A DNA stretch of 64,000 bases from NCBI GenBank assembly GCA_002309305.1, contig DBWR01000070.1:87121-151120 (forward strand), given 5' to 3'. This document shows positions 1 through 13,181 of the stretch, in pieces. The DNA is from Treponema sp. UBA1233. GTDB lineage: Bacteria > Spirochaetota > Spirochaetia > Treponematales > Treponemataceae. The position numbers and the translations under genes are program-made. Below the pieces are notes generated by a model, which was not told the origin of the DNA, did no database searches, and saw only the letters and a list, made by a program, of their open reading frames with translations. Each line of letters begins with the position of its first letter. Within the stretch, counting starts at the first letter, position 1.

Positions 1-1132
1 GGAGTATTGTAAAGAGTGAGGATAATAGTGTTTGTATTCTCTCTTTAAACAAAAAGTAAATGCATAGAGGCCAAATAACGAAAAGGCCTATACTTTGCCA
101 AAAGGGAGAGTGAAGGAAATCTGTAGGACATGCATAGGTTCCTATGTTAGAAAATTCCTGTGTACTTGAAGAAATTAAATTTGATGGCAAAACTAAGCCT
201 GTTAACAAAGCTAGAGCAATACCTGATGTTAGGAAAAGATAAAATCTAATCTTGGAATTGTTTTTTATTGATTTTAATGGAACATCTATTATCCAGTTTA
301 TAGCTTTCAGATAGATTGGTATGCCTGTGATGAGTAAAACTCCAAGAGCTAGTGCAAGGCGAATTTTAAAGTTGGAGTTTTGGTCATAAACAAACAAAAC
401 ATAGCCAGCGACAAAAATACAAGCGGCACATAAACAAATATATAGGACTTTAAGAGGATTTTTCAATTTGTAGAAAACATTCTTAATCAAAGAGAAAACA
501 TTGTTCATAGTCCAGTAGAGTACCAAACCGGAAGGACTGTTGTATAGGATTACTAAGAATAAAAGGGCCATTCCGTATATCTGGAGTTTTTCCTTGACAG
601 GGAAACCTTTTGTATAAATAGCCCCGGCAATGATGTTTATAATGGTCATTGCGATTGGAAGAATGTTTACAGCAAAAGAGCCGATATGGAAAATAGCATC
701 AGGAAGCCCCATATCCTTTATAAAAAGGAATGATTGTCCTTGCAAAGCAGGTAACTTAGAAAGACATGAATAGGCAGCCATAAAAAAGGGAATCTGGATT
801 AATAATCCAAAGCTTGAACGCAAAGCCATTATTGGGTGATAATGATTTTCTTTGTAGAAAGTCGAAAGAATCATGTACTGTTCATCACCAGAAAAAGCAT
901 CCTTTATTCTTTTAATGCCAGGTTTTAATTTTTTCTGTATATCACGCTCAACCTGCTGCCAATGTTCAGCAACAATATAAAGAGGAAGGCATAATATTGT
1001 GACTGTGAGGCTTACACCTATAATTGCAATCCCAGAATTACTAAATAACTTAGAGAATACATAATAAGATATCTCTATTATTTGGATGAGGGGATATAGG
1101 ATTATTGTATATAAAACAGTTGCTATATTCAT
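1..1132 (-). CDS. YidC/Oxa1-like membrane protein with extra transmembrane region, partial (runs off the window start)
   Basis: Not in the ORF track. Translated by hand from ATG at 1132 (MNIATVLYTIILYPLIQIIE...), open to position 2 (377 codons). Contains YidC-like motifs LIQIPFFMAAY and PSGLVLYWTMNNVFSL, followed by further hydrophobic helices. Confidence 0.8.
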   Translation of the reverse strand, partial: MNIATVLYTIILYPLIQIIEISYYVFSKLFSNSGIAIIGVSLTVTILCLPLYIVAEHWQQVERDIQKKLKPGIKRIKDAFSGDEQYMILSTFYKENHYHPIMALRSSFGLLIQIPFFMAAYSCLSKLPALQGQSFLFIKDMGLPDAIFHIGSFAVNILPIAMTIINIIAGAIYTKGFPVKEKLQIYGMALLFLVILYNSPSGLVLYWTMNNVFSLIKNVFYKLKNPLKVLYICLCAACIFVAGYVLFVYDQNSNFKIRLALALGVLLITGIPIYLKAINWIIDVPLKSIKNNSKIRFYLFLTSGIALALLTGLVLPSNLISSSTQEFSNIGTYACPTDFLHSPFWQSIGLFVIWPLCIYFLFKERIQTLLSSLFTIL

Positions 1133-1156
1133 TTAAAGTTCCTTGTTATGTCCTTA

Positions 1157-2902
1157 TTATATCACTTTAATTACTTTTAAATCAGGATTTTTATATGTTA
1201 CAATATATTTATTTCCTTTTTTCTGAATTTTGTGATACTGATTTTCAAAAACAATTGGAAAATCCTCTGTGAATTCCTGTTGGTTTCCAGAAACAAGCCT
1301 AAAAAAATTCATAGATTCTAAAACAAAAGTTGAATATCGATCAGCTTTCAATCCAGTATCTACCATCTTAGACATGACAGGGTAAACATCTATCATGTTT
1401 TGTACAATAGCTGCATGACCTATATCCCCGTTAAAGACAAATTGTGCTGGTTCTTCAGATTTTTCTACAATATTTGCAAGGTCATTTAATAAAAGAGTAG
1501 CTCGGAAATTAATATAATTTTTTTGTTCTGCCTGAGCATTGCCATAGGCAAAACTGAAAGCGATATTGCAATAAACCAAACAAGTGAGACTTATACCAGA
1601 AATTACTTTCAAAAGAGTAGAATTGTTTTGGAATTGGTTATAGACTATAAGGCTTAATAGTGCAATAAAGATACCAATGCCATACATACCTCTTGGGTGA
1701 TCAGAAGGGTTAGCTAGGCATATATATATACCAAATGAAAGGGGAATTGATATCAAAATTAGAAAAAGTATTGATAGAGTAGAAAATATTTTATTCTGTT
1801 TTGAGTTTTTAACTAATAAAACAATTGAAAGAAGAATAATAATGAATGAAAGGAAAAGTATTGGGGTTTTATTAAAATCAGCCACAAAAGTTTTTATATA
1901 ATTTATACAGTTTGGAATAATTGCAGAAATCTTGATTGATTCATCTACATAAATTTCTGTTTCAGATGTAAAGGAAAAGATAAGGTAAAAGCTGAGTAGT
2001 GTAACACAATAACAAAGAATACATATCCCAGTTTTTTTTAATATTTCTTTAAAATTCTCATTTTCTAATAACCATTTATAAATTACACAAAAAATAGACA
2101 TTATAATATAAATGCCAGATGAAGCCTGATAAGTCATGCACATAACCAAAAGGCATGTTACAGAAGAAAAAATGAAAAGAGATTTTTTTTCAAAGAATAG
2201 AAAAGGTATAATACTGGAAAGAATAGATAGAGCCATATATGGAGAATCATATCTATATGAAAAATTTGATAGAAAATATGGGAAAATCCCGATGAGTAAA
2301 GAAATTAAACAAGCTGGAATTGTAAAATTGCCTTTATTAAATATTTTGATAGCAAAAAAAGAGGAAAGGGAAAGGAAAAAAATGGCTATGAATTGAGTTA
2401 GTGGAGCAATATCCATAAGTTTTTTGGATGTATGAATAAAGATGGAACCTATTTCATCAATGTATCGATAAAAATTCATCCATTCTCGAGCACCTTCAAT
2501 TTGACGTCCCATATCATCAATAATGATATTTGCGAAATTTGCCCTTATTATAGTGAAATATGAGAGTGCATATAGTGCCATTAAAATGAATAAATATTTC
2601 TTGTTTTCGTTTATATATTTAAGAATTTCTTTTGCTTGAGAAACAAAATCAGTAATAATTTTTCTTCCCATGTTAGTAATAAAAAAGAAATCAAAAGCTA
2701 AAATAAAAAGAATTCCCATTAGACCAAAAGCTGACATTTGTTTCATCCAGAATGGACCATTAATATCATCATTTTTAAGTTTCTCAACAAGAGTTACGGC
2801 AAAAGTTTGAACAAAAGGAAATTGAGATGGTATTAAACATAAAATAAAAAAAACTGAGAAAAATAATACAGTAAACTTATTCTTTTTTGCCATTTTTACC
2901 AC
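1157..2902 (-). CDS. GtrII-like (GT-C fold) multi-TM glucosyltransferase-domain protein
   Basis: 581 aa, about 12 TM helices; IDDMGR acidic motif after the first TM; FSYRYDSPYM and YQASSGIY motifs typical of the Glucos_trans_II family. Confidence 0.75.
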   Translation of the reverse strand: MVKMAKKNKFTVLFFSVFFILCLIPSQFPFVQTFAVTLVEKLKNDDINGPFWMKQMSAFGLMGILFILAFDFFFITNMGRKIITDFVSQAKEILKYINENKKYLFILMALYALSYFTIIRANFANIIIDDMGRQIEGAREWMNFYRYIDEIGSIFIHTSKKLMDIAPLTQFIAIFFLSLSSFFAIKIFNKGNFTIPACLISLLIGIFPYFLSNFSYRYDSPYMALSILSSIIPFLFFEKKSLFIFSSVTCLLVMCMTYQASSGIYIIMSIFCVIYKWLLENENFKEILKKTGICILCYCVTLLSFYLIFSFTSETEIYVDESIKISAIIPNCINYIKTFVADFNKTPILFLSFIIILLSIVLLVKNSKQNKIFSTLSILFLILISIPLSFGIYICLANPSDHPRGMYGIGIFIALLSLIVYNQFQNNSTLLKVISGISLTCLVYCNIAFSFAYGNAQAEQKNYINFRATLLLNDLANIVEKSEEPAQFVFNGDIGHAAIVQNMIDVYPVMSKMVDTGLKADRYSTFVLESMNFFRLVSGNQQEFTEDFPIVFENQYHKIQKKGNKYIVTYKNPDLKVIKVI

Positions 2903-2908
2903 TCCTAT

Positions 2909-3796
2909 CTATAACTTTTCACAAGTATTATACTCAATTTTGCGATTTTCAGATAAATGAAAATCGTTGAAACCTGTTTTTTTAAACTCTTCTGTAATTT
3001 CTGAACTATCCATAAGCCCAGGGTGAAACAAAACTTCACATACTCTGTTTTTTTGAGAAGATTTCTTTTCAAATACCGGAAGTACGGAAAAAATCCTGTC
3101 ATCCATCTTCCCAGAATAAAAAACTCCAAAAAGGTATGAATTCTTTAGTTTTTTTTGTTTTAACCAGCGGGTAACTTTAATGGAATAAAAATTTAAGATA
3201 AGACATTTTAATACATTCGCTATTGATAATCCTTTAAAACTACCTTTTCTTAGAAGGTAAAATGAAAGAGGGTCATTAGTGTTTCTAATATAAGTGACTT
3301 TGAAATTGTTTTCACTTATTGCCTCTGTAAGGGCATCGAATACTAAAGGGATCATGTGAGGATGCTGATGGCTGTCTATACGTAAAAAATCAGGATCTAC
3401 AATTTTAGCTGCAATACATTTGTTTATTTGTGCAGCAATCTCAGTTTTAAGTTGAAACTTTATCTTTTGCCGTTTCAGAAGATTATAATTCCATAAAAAG
3501 AGTCGAGCCCATGTCACTGTAAAATATCCTTCAGAATCAACAAGATCAGGTACAAGATCAAGAGGTGAAATGGCTTTCCCTTCCATAAAGTTCAAATGGA
3601 TTGAAACATTAATAATGTGGTAAAAATCTTTTCTAGTTTCTAAAAAGCTACTTACACTTTGAGGAAATATGTCAAGATTGGGAATTATGCTTATGCTATC
3701 TAGCTTTCCTTTCTGACAAAGAGTCAAAATATCATTGTCAGATTGTTTTGAGAGTCCATAATCATCTGCGTGTATGTCAATGATGTTCTTATTCAA
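2909..3796 (-). CDS. YdjC/ChbG/HpnK-family carbohydrate deacetylase
   Basis: IHADDYGLS, SIHLNF, IDSHQHPH and EVLFHPG motifs. Confidence 0.85.
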   Translation of the reverse strand: MNKNIIDIHADDYGLSKQSDNDILTLCQKGKLDSISIIPNLDIFPQSVSSFLETRKDFYHIINVSIHLNFMEGKAISPLDLVPDLVDSEGYFTVTWARLFLWNYNLLKRQKIKFQLKTEIAAQINKCIAAKIVDPDFLRIDSHQHPHMIPLVFDALTEAISENNFKVTYIRNTNDPLSFYLLRKGSFKGLSIANVLKCLILNFYSIKVTRWLKQKKLKNSYLFGVFYSGKMDDRIFSVLPVFEKKSSQKNRVCEVLFHPGLMDSSEITEEFKKTGFNDFHLSENRKIEYNTCEKL

Positions 3797-4721
3797 TTTT
3801 CTTACCTATAATGTATTGTGGACGACCTTTTACTTCGTCATAAATTTGAGCGATGTAAACACCAATAATCCCAAGACTTATTAAAACAGCACCAAAGCCT
3901 ACCAATAAAAGGATTACAAGGGTAGGAAATCCTCCTGCAGCATTTCCCTTAAAATATGAAATAATAGCATCTATAACAACTCCGATTGCAATAATAATGA
4001 ATAGTATACCTACAAAAGTAATAATATGAAGAGGAGCGTAGCTAAAACATAAAACATTGTTAATGGCATATTTGATGAGAGATTTTGTAGACCATTTGGA
4101 AACCCCGTTTTGCCGTTCCGCGACCTCATAATAAACTGTTGTTTTTTTGAATCCTACCCAGAAAGAGAGGGCTCTGAAAAAAGTGTTTCTTTCTTTTAAT
4201 TTGGTAAGCTCTGCGATTACTTTTTTGTCAAGAAGTTTGTAATCACTGGAATTTTTCATGTCCATACCGACTGCACGACTGATTAATCCATAAAAAATCT
4301 TCGTAAACAATTTGTGGAACAGACTTTCCTTACCACGGTCGGTTTTAATACCTTCTACAACTTCAAAGCCTTCCTTCCATTTGCCATACATTTCTTTGAT
4401 TACAAAGGGGGGATGCTGCAAATCTGCATCAAGAATAACGGTACAATCTCCTGTGACATTACGAATTCCTGCAAAAAGAGCCGCTTCTTTTCCAAAATTT
4501 CGAGCAAATGAAACACACTTTACACGCTTATCTTTTGTATTTAATTCTTCGATTCTTTCTAGTGTTTTATCTTTTGAACCGTCATTTACAAACATTAGTT
4601 CAAAATCTGCGTCTTTCAACCCATTAAAAGTTTCTATGATGGCAGTGTAAAAAGGAACGATATTCTGTTCTTCATTATAACATGGAACAATCAAAGAAAT
4701 TTTATTCATTTTATCTTTCAT
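3789..4721 (-). CDS. GT2 polyprenyl-phosphate glycosyltransferase (GtrB/ArnC-like)
   Basis: VPCYNEE, VNDGSKD, RNFGKEAAL, ILDADLQHP; two C-terminal TM helices; RPQY end. Confidence 0.9.
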   Translation of the reverse strand: MKDKMNKISLIVPCYNEEQNIVPFYTAIIETFNGLKDADFELMFVNDGSKDKTLERIEELNTKDKRVKCVSFARNFGKEAALFAGIRNVTGDCTVILDADLQHPPFVIKEMYGKWKEGFEVVEGIKTDRGKESLFHKLFTKIFYGLISRAVGMDMKNSSDYKLLDKKVIAELTKLKERNTFFRALSFWVGFKKTTVYYEVAERQNGVSKWSTKSLIKYAINNVLCFSYAPLHIITFVGILFIIIAIGVVIDAIISYFKGNAAGGFPTLVILLLVGFGAVLISLGIIGVYIAQIYDEVKGRPQYIIGKKIE

Positions 4722-5181
4722 TCTTTACTTCCTCATGAGTATTTACTTCTTCAGTGTTTTTGGATTCTTTAAAAACTATGAAACGCTGTCCCAAATAGTT
4801 TAAGCCTGTATAAATAATCATTCCGCATACTAGGGCTATATTTCCTTTAGTTTTCTCTGAATAATTACTAAATATCATATAGATTATTTTTTTAGCACTG
4901 ACATATGCTATAAAGTAACATAAAATAATCAGGATAATAAAATATAGAATTTCCTTGAAGCTTTTCTTATGATTGTTAAATGTATAGTATTTGTTTAGGA
5001 AATAACTACAAATCCCACCTGCAACATAATTGCAGGCTGAAGATGGCCAGTAAGGGACATTAAAACAATTGTAGAGAAGAAACATTAGACCAGAGCCGAC
5101 AATTGTATTTATTATACCTACAATAAGGAATTTTAGTAATTTTTTGTCAAACACTTGTCTTACGAAAACGCCAAATTTCAT
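4711..5181 (-). CDS. GtrA-family flippase-like protein
   Basis: KFLIVGIINT and SYFLNKYYTF motifs; four TM helices; adjacent to a GtrB-like gene. Confidence 0.85.
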   Translation of the reverse strand: MKFGVFVRQVFDKKLLKFLIVGIINTIVGSGLMFLLYNCFNVPYWPSSACNYVAGGICSYFLNKYYTFNNHKKSFKEILYFIILIILCYFIAYVSAKKIIYMIFSNYSEKTKGNIALVCGMIIYTGLNYLGQRFIVFKESKNTEEVNTHEEVKNER

Positions 5182-5187
5182 ACCAAT

Positions 5188-5216
5188 ATTATACTAAAAA
5201 AATAAAAACATTTAAA
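5188..5216 (-). promoter_or_regulatory. Probable leaderless promoter of the gtrA-like gene
   Basis: Minus-strand TATAAT (5188-5193) lies 6 nt before the ATG; no SD; weak -35 TTTAAA at 17 nt. Confidence 0.45.
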
Positions 5217-5250
5217 GTAAGTTATCTATGTTATGCAACAATTTCCACTA

Positions 5251-8224
<2,974 letters not shown>

Positions 8225-8225
<1 letters not shown>

Positions 8226-9526
8226 TATTTTGTCCCCGGAATCAATTCAAGAATTTCTTTAATCGGCATGCAGATGTCGTTGACTTCAAGCGAACGTTCC
8301 GCCTTAAGTATGGTTTCCGCACACTTTTGCATGGCAGGATAACTTGCACGCAGCATGTGGTTTGCATAGATGACGATGTTCGCACCCCATTCGCAAAGTT
8401 CCTTTTCCGTAAACTGATTGTATGTGGTAGGAACAAGTACGATAGGGATGTTCTTGTATTCGGCCCTGAACTTCTGGCAGAATTCCTTGATATCCATTCC
8501 GCTCTTGTCCTTTGAATGAATCATAACGCCGTCTGCTCCAGCCCTGACTGCAGCAAAGGCTTTTGTAATCGCCTCATCAACACTATATCCTGCAATGATT
8601 TCCTCTATGCGGGCTATTATCATAAAGTCCTTTGTTACCTGGGCTTTTTTACCGGCGCTTATTTTTTCGCAGAATTCTTCTTCCGTTGCAAGTACCTGCT
8701 TAGCCTCAGTTCCAAAGAGGGAATTCTTTTTGAGTCCCTTTTTGTCTTCGATGATGACTGCACTGACTCCGTTTCGTTCCAGTGTACGTACTGTAAATAC
8801 AAAATGCTCGGGAATGTCACCAGTGTCACCATCGTAGATAATAGGCTTTGTGGTGCATTCAAGAATGTCTGTAAGTGATTGGAGTCGGGTAGTCAAGTCC
8901 ACGGCCTCAATGTCAGGCTTTCCCTTTGAAGTGGAGTCTGTGAGAGAAGATGACCACATTCCGTCAAAAGAATGAAGTCCGTCATCCTTAACCACTTCCG
9001 TATGCTCAACGATAAGTCCGCTTAGTCCGGAATGAGCTTCCATAATCCTAACGATGGGTTTTGCTGCGATAAGCCTGCGTAAAGTTGCCCGGCGTACGTC
9101 CGGTGTAATTCCTATTGTCTTTGCATTATCTACAAGGGCTGTGGAATTGATTCCCTGCGTGTATGGAATTTCAATTACCTGGCCGCCCCATTCCTTCATT
9201 ACCTCAAAGCATTCTTCACGGATTTTGGAAAGGTAATTCGTCTTCCAGTCGTCGCCATGAATCATGTAGTCCGGCTTAAGCTTTTTGATGTTTGGGACAT
9301 AACTCCAGTCATCCTGAGGAATTACATTTGCAACACCCTTGATGTTTTCTACAACCTTTTTCCTCTGGTCATAGGTCAGATAGGGGAGCCTCTTGTGTGA
9401 AACAATCGCACTGTCCGTCAAAAGGCCTATCGTAAGTTCCCCAAGTTTGGCACCTTCGCTGATGATGTTTATAATTCCAGGATGAATGATGTCTCCTGTA
9501 ATTCCTAGATATACTGTCTTTGGCAT
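8225..9526 (-). CDS. aepX: Phosphoenolpyruvate mutase with N-terminal cytidylyltransferase-like domain
   Basis: Diagnostic EDKKGLKKNS (EDKxxxxxNS) motif; EAHSGLS and DGDTG; N-terminal CTP_transf-like domain (HGDDW). Confidence 0.95.
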
Positions 9527-9651
9527 TTATTGTTCTCCTTCTTTATCAAGATTTTTTATATTTCTTTTTATTACATGTATATATAAGACAATATCTTAGA
9601 ATATATACCATTTAATCCTAATAAACAAGTACAAGAAATGAATTCAGAATA

Positions 9652-9700
9652 TTGTTTAAGAGATTTGCGGTGTTTTGTTTAAGAGATTTGTGATGGTGTT
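9652..9700. repeat. Imperfect 23-bp tandem duplication upstream of aepX
   Basis: TTGTTTAAGAGATTTG at 9652-9667 and 9675-9690, each followed by GGTGTT. Confidence 0.7.
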
Positions 9701-9767
9701 GGTTTCTTGAAAGTCAAGTAGCTTGCAGTATATTTGTCCGTCTTTTTTTCTCATTACTCTGTCACCT

Positions 9768-10373
9768 CTAATTCTGTAACCATTTGCCATCCATGCCGAA
9801 GTAGGGTGCAGATGGATCAAATATTTCTAACTGCTTGTCCTTTTCCGACAGGATTGGATTTGCTTCCTTAAGCTCGAAAGGCCAGTCTATGGCAAGTTTC
9901 GGGTCATTCCAAATGATTCCACCTTCGTCACCGGGATAGTAGAAGTCACTGCTCTTGTATGCGCAGATGGCGGTGTCGCTTAGTACATAAAAGCCGTGTG
10001 CAAATCCGCATGGAATGTACATCTGGTTTTGTATGTCGGAATCCAGTATTGTGGTAAATGCCTTTCCAAATGTTTTGGAATCATTCCTTAAATCCACGGC
10101 AACGTCAAAAATTTTCCCGCTTACAACCCGAACAAGTTTCCCCTGGGGGTGGTGTTTTTGAAAATGAAGGCCCCGGAGGACCCCTTTTACAGAAAGCGAC
10201 TGATTGTCCTGAACGAAGCTCATCGTCAGGCCGGAGTCAAAGAATTCCTTTTCGTTATATGATTCAATCATGTATCCGCGGGAATCTTTGAATGATTCTG
10301 GGGTAAGCTCATAAAGCCCCTCAATTTTGAGACCATCTGCAAAACAGCCCTTTATCTGAAACGGCAAATTCAA
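9768..10373 (-). CDS. rfbC: dTDP-4-dehydrorhamnose 3,5-epimerase
   Basis: DSRG, QDNQSLS, LRGLHFQ, AHGF motifs. Confidence 0.92.
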   Translation of the reverse strand: MNLPFQIKGCFADGLKIEGLYELTPESFKDSRGYMIESYNEKEFFDSGLTMSFVQDNQSLSVKGVLRGLHFQKHHPQGKLVRVVSGKIFDVAVDLRNDSKTFGKAFTTILDSDIQNQMYIPCGFAHGFYVLSDTAICAYKSSDFYYPGDEGGIIWNDPKLAIDWPFELKEANPILSEKDKQLEIFDPSAPYFGMDGKWLQN

Positions 10374-11245
10374 GATCTCCCGGCTATGAATTTCAGGTAT
10401 TCCCCATAGCTAGTCTTGTAGGTTGCCGCCATATCCAGAAGGTTCTGTCTGTCTATCCATTTGTTCCTGTAGGCAATTTCCTCTATGCAGCTTACATAAA
10501 GTCCCTGACGTTTCTGTATGGTCATTATGAAGTTGGAGGCTTCCATAAGTCCGTCATATGTCCCTGTGTCTAGCCATGCCATGCCACGTCCTAGTAACTG
10601 AACTGAAAGCTTCTTCTGCTCAAGATAAGCGTTGTTCACGGCCGTAATCTCAATTTCCCCGCGAGCCGAAGGGTTTACGTTTTTTGCAATATGAATGACA
10701 GAATTGTCATAAAAGTAAAGGCCAGGTACCGCCCAATTGGATTTTGGGTTCTGGGGTTTTTCTTCAATTCCAATGACTTTATTTGTACTGTCAAATTCAA
10801 CCACACCGTATGCAGTCGGATCCTTTACCTGATATCCGAAAATGACTCCGCCACCTTCAGTTTCGATTTTTGATACGGCGTTATGGAGTATGGGGGTGAA
10901 TGCCTGACCGAAGAAAATGTTGTCTCCAAGCACAAGGGCCACATTGTCATCACCGATGAATTTTTCGCCAACGATAAAGGCGTCCGCAAGTCCCCTTGGT
11001 TTGTCCTGAACCGCATATTCAAATTTCATTCCAAGCCATTTGCCGTCGCCCAAAAGCTCCTTAAAAAGGCCGATGTCGCGTGGAGTTGAGATGACAAGCA
11101 CCTCTCGGATTCCTGCAAGCATAAGGACCGAAAGAGGATAATAAATCATGGGTTTGTCATAGAGGGGCAGTATCTGCTTGGAAACAGCCTTTGTTATGGG
11201 GTACAGACGTGTACCCGAACCTCCCGCAAGAATTATTCCTTTCAT
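10370..11245 (-). CDS. rfbA: Glucose-1-phosphate thymidylyltransferase
   Basis: [28 protein letters not shown]. Confidence 0.97.
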   Translation of the reverse strand: MKGIILAGGSGTRLYPITKAVSKQILPLYDKPMIYYPLSVLMLAGIREVLVISTPRDIGLFKELLGDGKWLGMKFEYAVQDKPRGLADAFIVGEKFIGDDNVALVLGDNIFFGQAFTPILHNAVSKIETEGGGVIFGYQVKDPTAYGVVEFDSTNKVIGIEEKPQNPKSNWAVPGLYFYDNSVIHIAKNVNPSARGEIEITAVNNAYLEQKKLSVQLLGRGMAWLDTGTYDGLMEASNFIMTIQKRQGLYVSCIEEIAYRNKWIDRQNLLDMAATYKTSYGEYLKFIAGRS

Positions 11246-11763
11246 AAATCCTCCTTTACTCCTTGTATCTCGTCGTATGCAAGGTCAAATTTTAATGTAC
11301 TGTTGCACAAGTCTAGCTTGACCGTAACCCTCTGCCTCTTGCGGTTAACCTTTATGATGTTGCCCGCAAATCCCATAAGGGGGCCGTCGGTAATCACTAT
11401 GCGCATGTTCTCGTTAAAGTAAGCCTTGGAAATGCCCTGTACCTCGCCGAATTTCCTGAGGTTTGCAAGGTATTCAAGATCCTTTCCCTCCAATTGATGG
11501 ATGTCGGTATTGGACGGAAGAAAATGGTAGAAACTTCTGTTCATGTGCGCCGCTTTTACAATGCCAGGTTCCAGATGACGGATGGAAAGAAACACATATC
11601 CCGGGAAAAGAGCCTGCTCATATTCAAGCTTTTTGGAAGTGCGCATTTTCTTCTTGAAGAAAAAAAGTTCGGCTGTGGCGTCAGATTCATGCAGAACCTT
11701 TTCAAAATCCGCCTTGAACGCCTCTTCCGCTCCCGTTTTGACCATTATGCAGTAATATTCCAT
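11242..11763 (-). CDS. NusG-paralogue antiterminator (LoaP/UpxY/RfaH-like)
   Basis: NGN domain ([15 protein letters not shown]) plus KOW domain ([22 protein letters not shown]); located in a glycan locus. Confidence 0.85.
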   Translation of the reverse strand: MEYYCIMVKTGAEEAFKADFEKVLHESDATAELFFFKKKMRTSKKLEYEQALFPGYVFLSIRHLEPGIVKAAHMNRSFYHFLPSNTDIHQLEGKDLEYLANLRKFGEVQGISKAYFNENMRIVITDGPLMGFAGNIIKVNRKRQRVTVKLDLCNSTLKFDLAYDEIQGVKEDL

Positions 11764-11781
11764 ACATCCTCAACAACAATA

Positions 11782-11810
11782 ATTTTATATGGTTTAAGGT
11801 TTTATTGCAA
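11782..11810 (-). promoter_or_regulatory. Sigma70-type promoter for the nusG-paralogue/rfbA/rfbC unit
   Basis: TTGCAA-17 nt-TAAAAT on the minus strand. Confidence 0.6.
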
Positions 11811-11841
11811 GTGTGAAAAGCGTTTTATGGGGCTTGTAATG

Positions 11842-11870
11842 TTGACAGAAAGGGCTTTTTGGCTTAATAT
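11842..11870 (+). promoter_or_regulatory. Sigma70-type promoter for the gmd operon
   Basis: TTGACA-17 nt-TAATAT, about 180 nt upstream of the gmd ATG. Confidence 0.7.
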
Positions 11871-12053
11871 TTAAGGAAACATTCAGTTGTAACTGGCTGT
11901 GATGCACGTTAGGTGCGCAGTCAAGTGCCTCGACCACAGGTCCCATATTGCACGGGCATAGTGCATTTCTACCGAAGGACGTTTTTTTAGGCGTTTTGTA
12001 GGAAAGGGACGAGGTATATTTAAAAATCATTCAACAATCATTTGGAGTAAAAC

Positions 12054-13133
12054 ATGTCTGACAAAATTGCATTGATTACAGGTATTACAGGACAAGACGG
12101 CTCGTTCCTTGCGGAATTCCTTTTGGACAAAGGCTATGAGGTCCACGGAATCATAAGGCGCTCTTCTTCGTTCAACACGGGAAGGATTGAGCACCTCTAC
12201 ATCGCAGATTTGATTGAGGACATGCACAAGGTAAAGCCCGTTCAGCTACATTACGGGGATTTGACGGATTCAGAAAGTCTGATACGCCTTATACGCGAGA
12301 TAAAACCCACGGAAATATACAACCTTGCGGCCCAGAGCCATGTAAAGGTAAGTTTTGACGTTCCCGAGTATACGGCAGACACTGATGCCACAGGAGTCCT
12401 GCGCATTCTGGAAGCAGTTCACTTTTTGGGAATGGAAAAGACATGCCGCATATATCAGGCTTCAACATCGGAACTGTTCGGTCTTGTACAGGAAGTGCCG
12501 CAGAAGGAGACTACTCCTTTTTATCCGCGTTCCCCCTATGCCGTTGCCAAATTATACGGCTACTGGATCATGAAGAATTACCGCGAAAGCTACGGAATGT
12601 TCTGCTCAAACGGAATCCTCTTTAACCATGAGTCGGAGCGCAGGGGAGAGACTTTCGTTACAAGAAAGATTACCCTTGCCGCAAGCCGAATCGCACAGGG
12701 ATTTCAGAAAAAGCTTTACCTTGGAAACCTGAATGCACTCAGGGACTGGGGATATGCAAAGGATTATGTTGAATGCATGTGGCTCATACTTCAGCAGGAC
12801 AAGCCCGATGACTTTGTTGTTGCCACAGGAGAACAGCACTCCGTAAGGGAATTCTGCCTTCTTGCATTCAAGGAAGCCGGAATCGACATAGAATTCCAGG
12901 GAGAGGGTGTTGAGGAAATGGGCATAGACAAAAAGACCGGAAAAGTCCTTATAGAAGTGGACCCCAAGTATTTCCGTCCCGCAGAAGTTGAAACCCTCCT
13001 TGGCGACCCAACAAAGGCAAAATCCGTACTCGGCTGGAACCCCACAAAAACAAGCTTCCCAGAACTGGTCCACATAATGATGCAGCACGACATGGAATAC
13101 GTAAGGAATGAGAGGGTGGTTAGGAACAGGTAA
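12054..13133 (+). CDS. gmd: GDP-mannose 4,6-dehydratase
   Basis: [29 protein letters not shown]. Confidence 0.97.
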   Translation: MSDKIALITGITGQDGSFLAEFLLDKGYEVHGIIRRSSSFNTGRIEHLYIADLIEDMHKVKPVQLHYGDLTDSESLIRLIREIKPTEIYNLAAQSHVKVSFDVPEYTADTDATGVLRILEAVHFLGMEKTCRIYQASTSELFGLVQEVPQKETTPFYPRSPYAVAKLYGYWIMKNYRESYGMFCSNGILFNHESERRGETFVTRKITLAASRIAQGFQKKLYLGNLNALRDWGYAKDYVECMWLILQQDKPDDFVVATGEQHSVREFCLLAFKEAGIDIEFQGEGVEEMGIDKKTGKVLIEVDPKYFRPAEVETLLGDPTKAKSVLGWNPTKTSFPELVHIMMQHDMEYVRNERVVRNR

Positions 13134-13136
13134 AAT

Positions 13137-13171
13137 AATGCGTAATGCTAAATGCGTAATGCATAATCAAA
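13137..13171 (+). repeat. Heptamer tandem array, consensus AATGCGT
   Basis: aatgcgt aatgcta aatgcgt aatgcat aatcaaa. Confidence 0.85.
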
Positions 13172-13181
13172 TAAGGGCATA

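Noticed and set aside
11871-12053. RfaH ops/JUMPStart element
   Set aside because: No GGCGGTAG-like sequence found in the leader.
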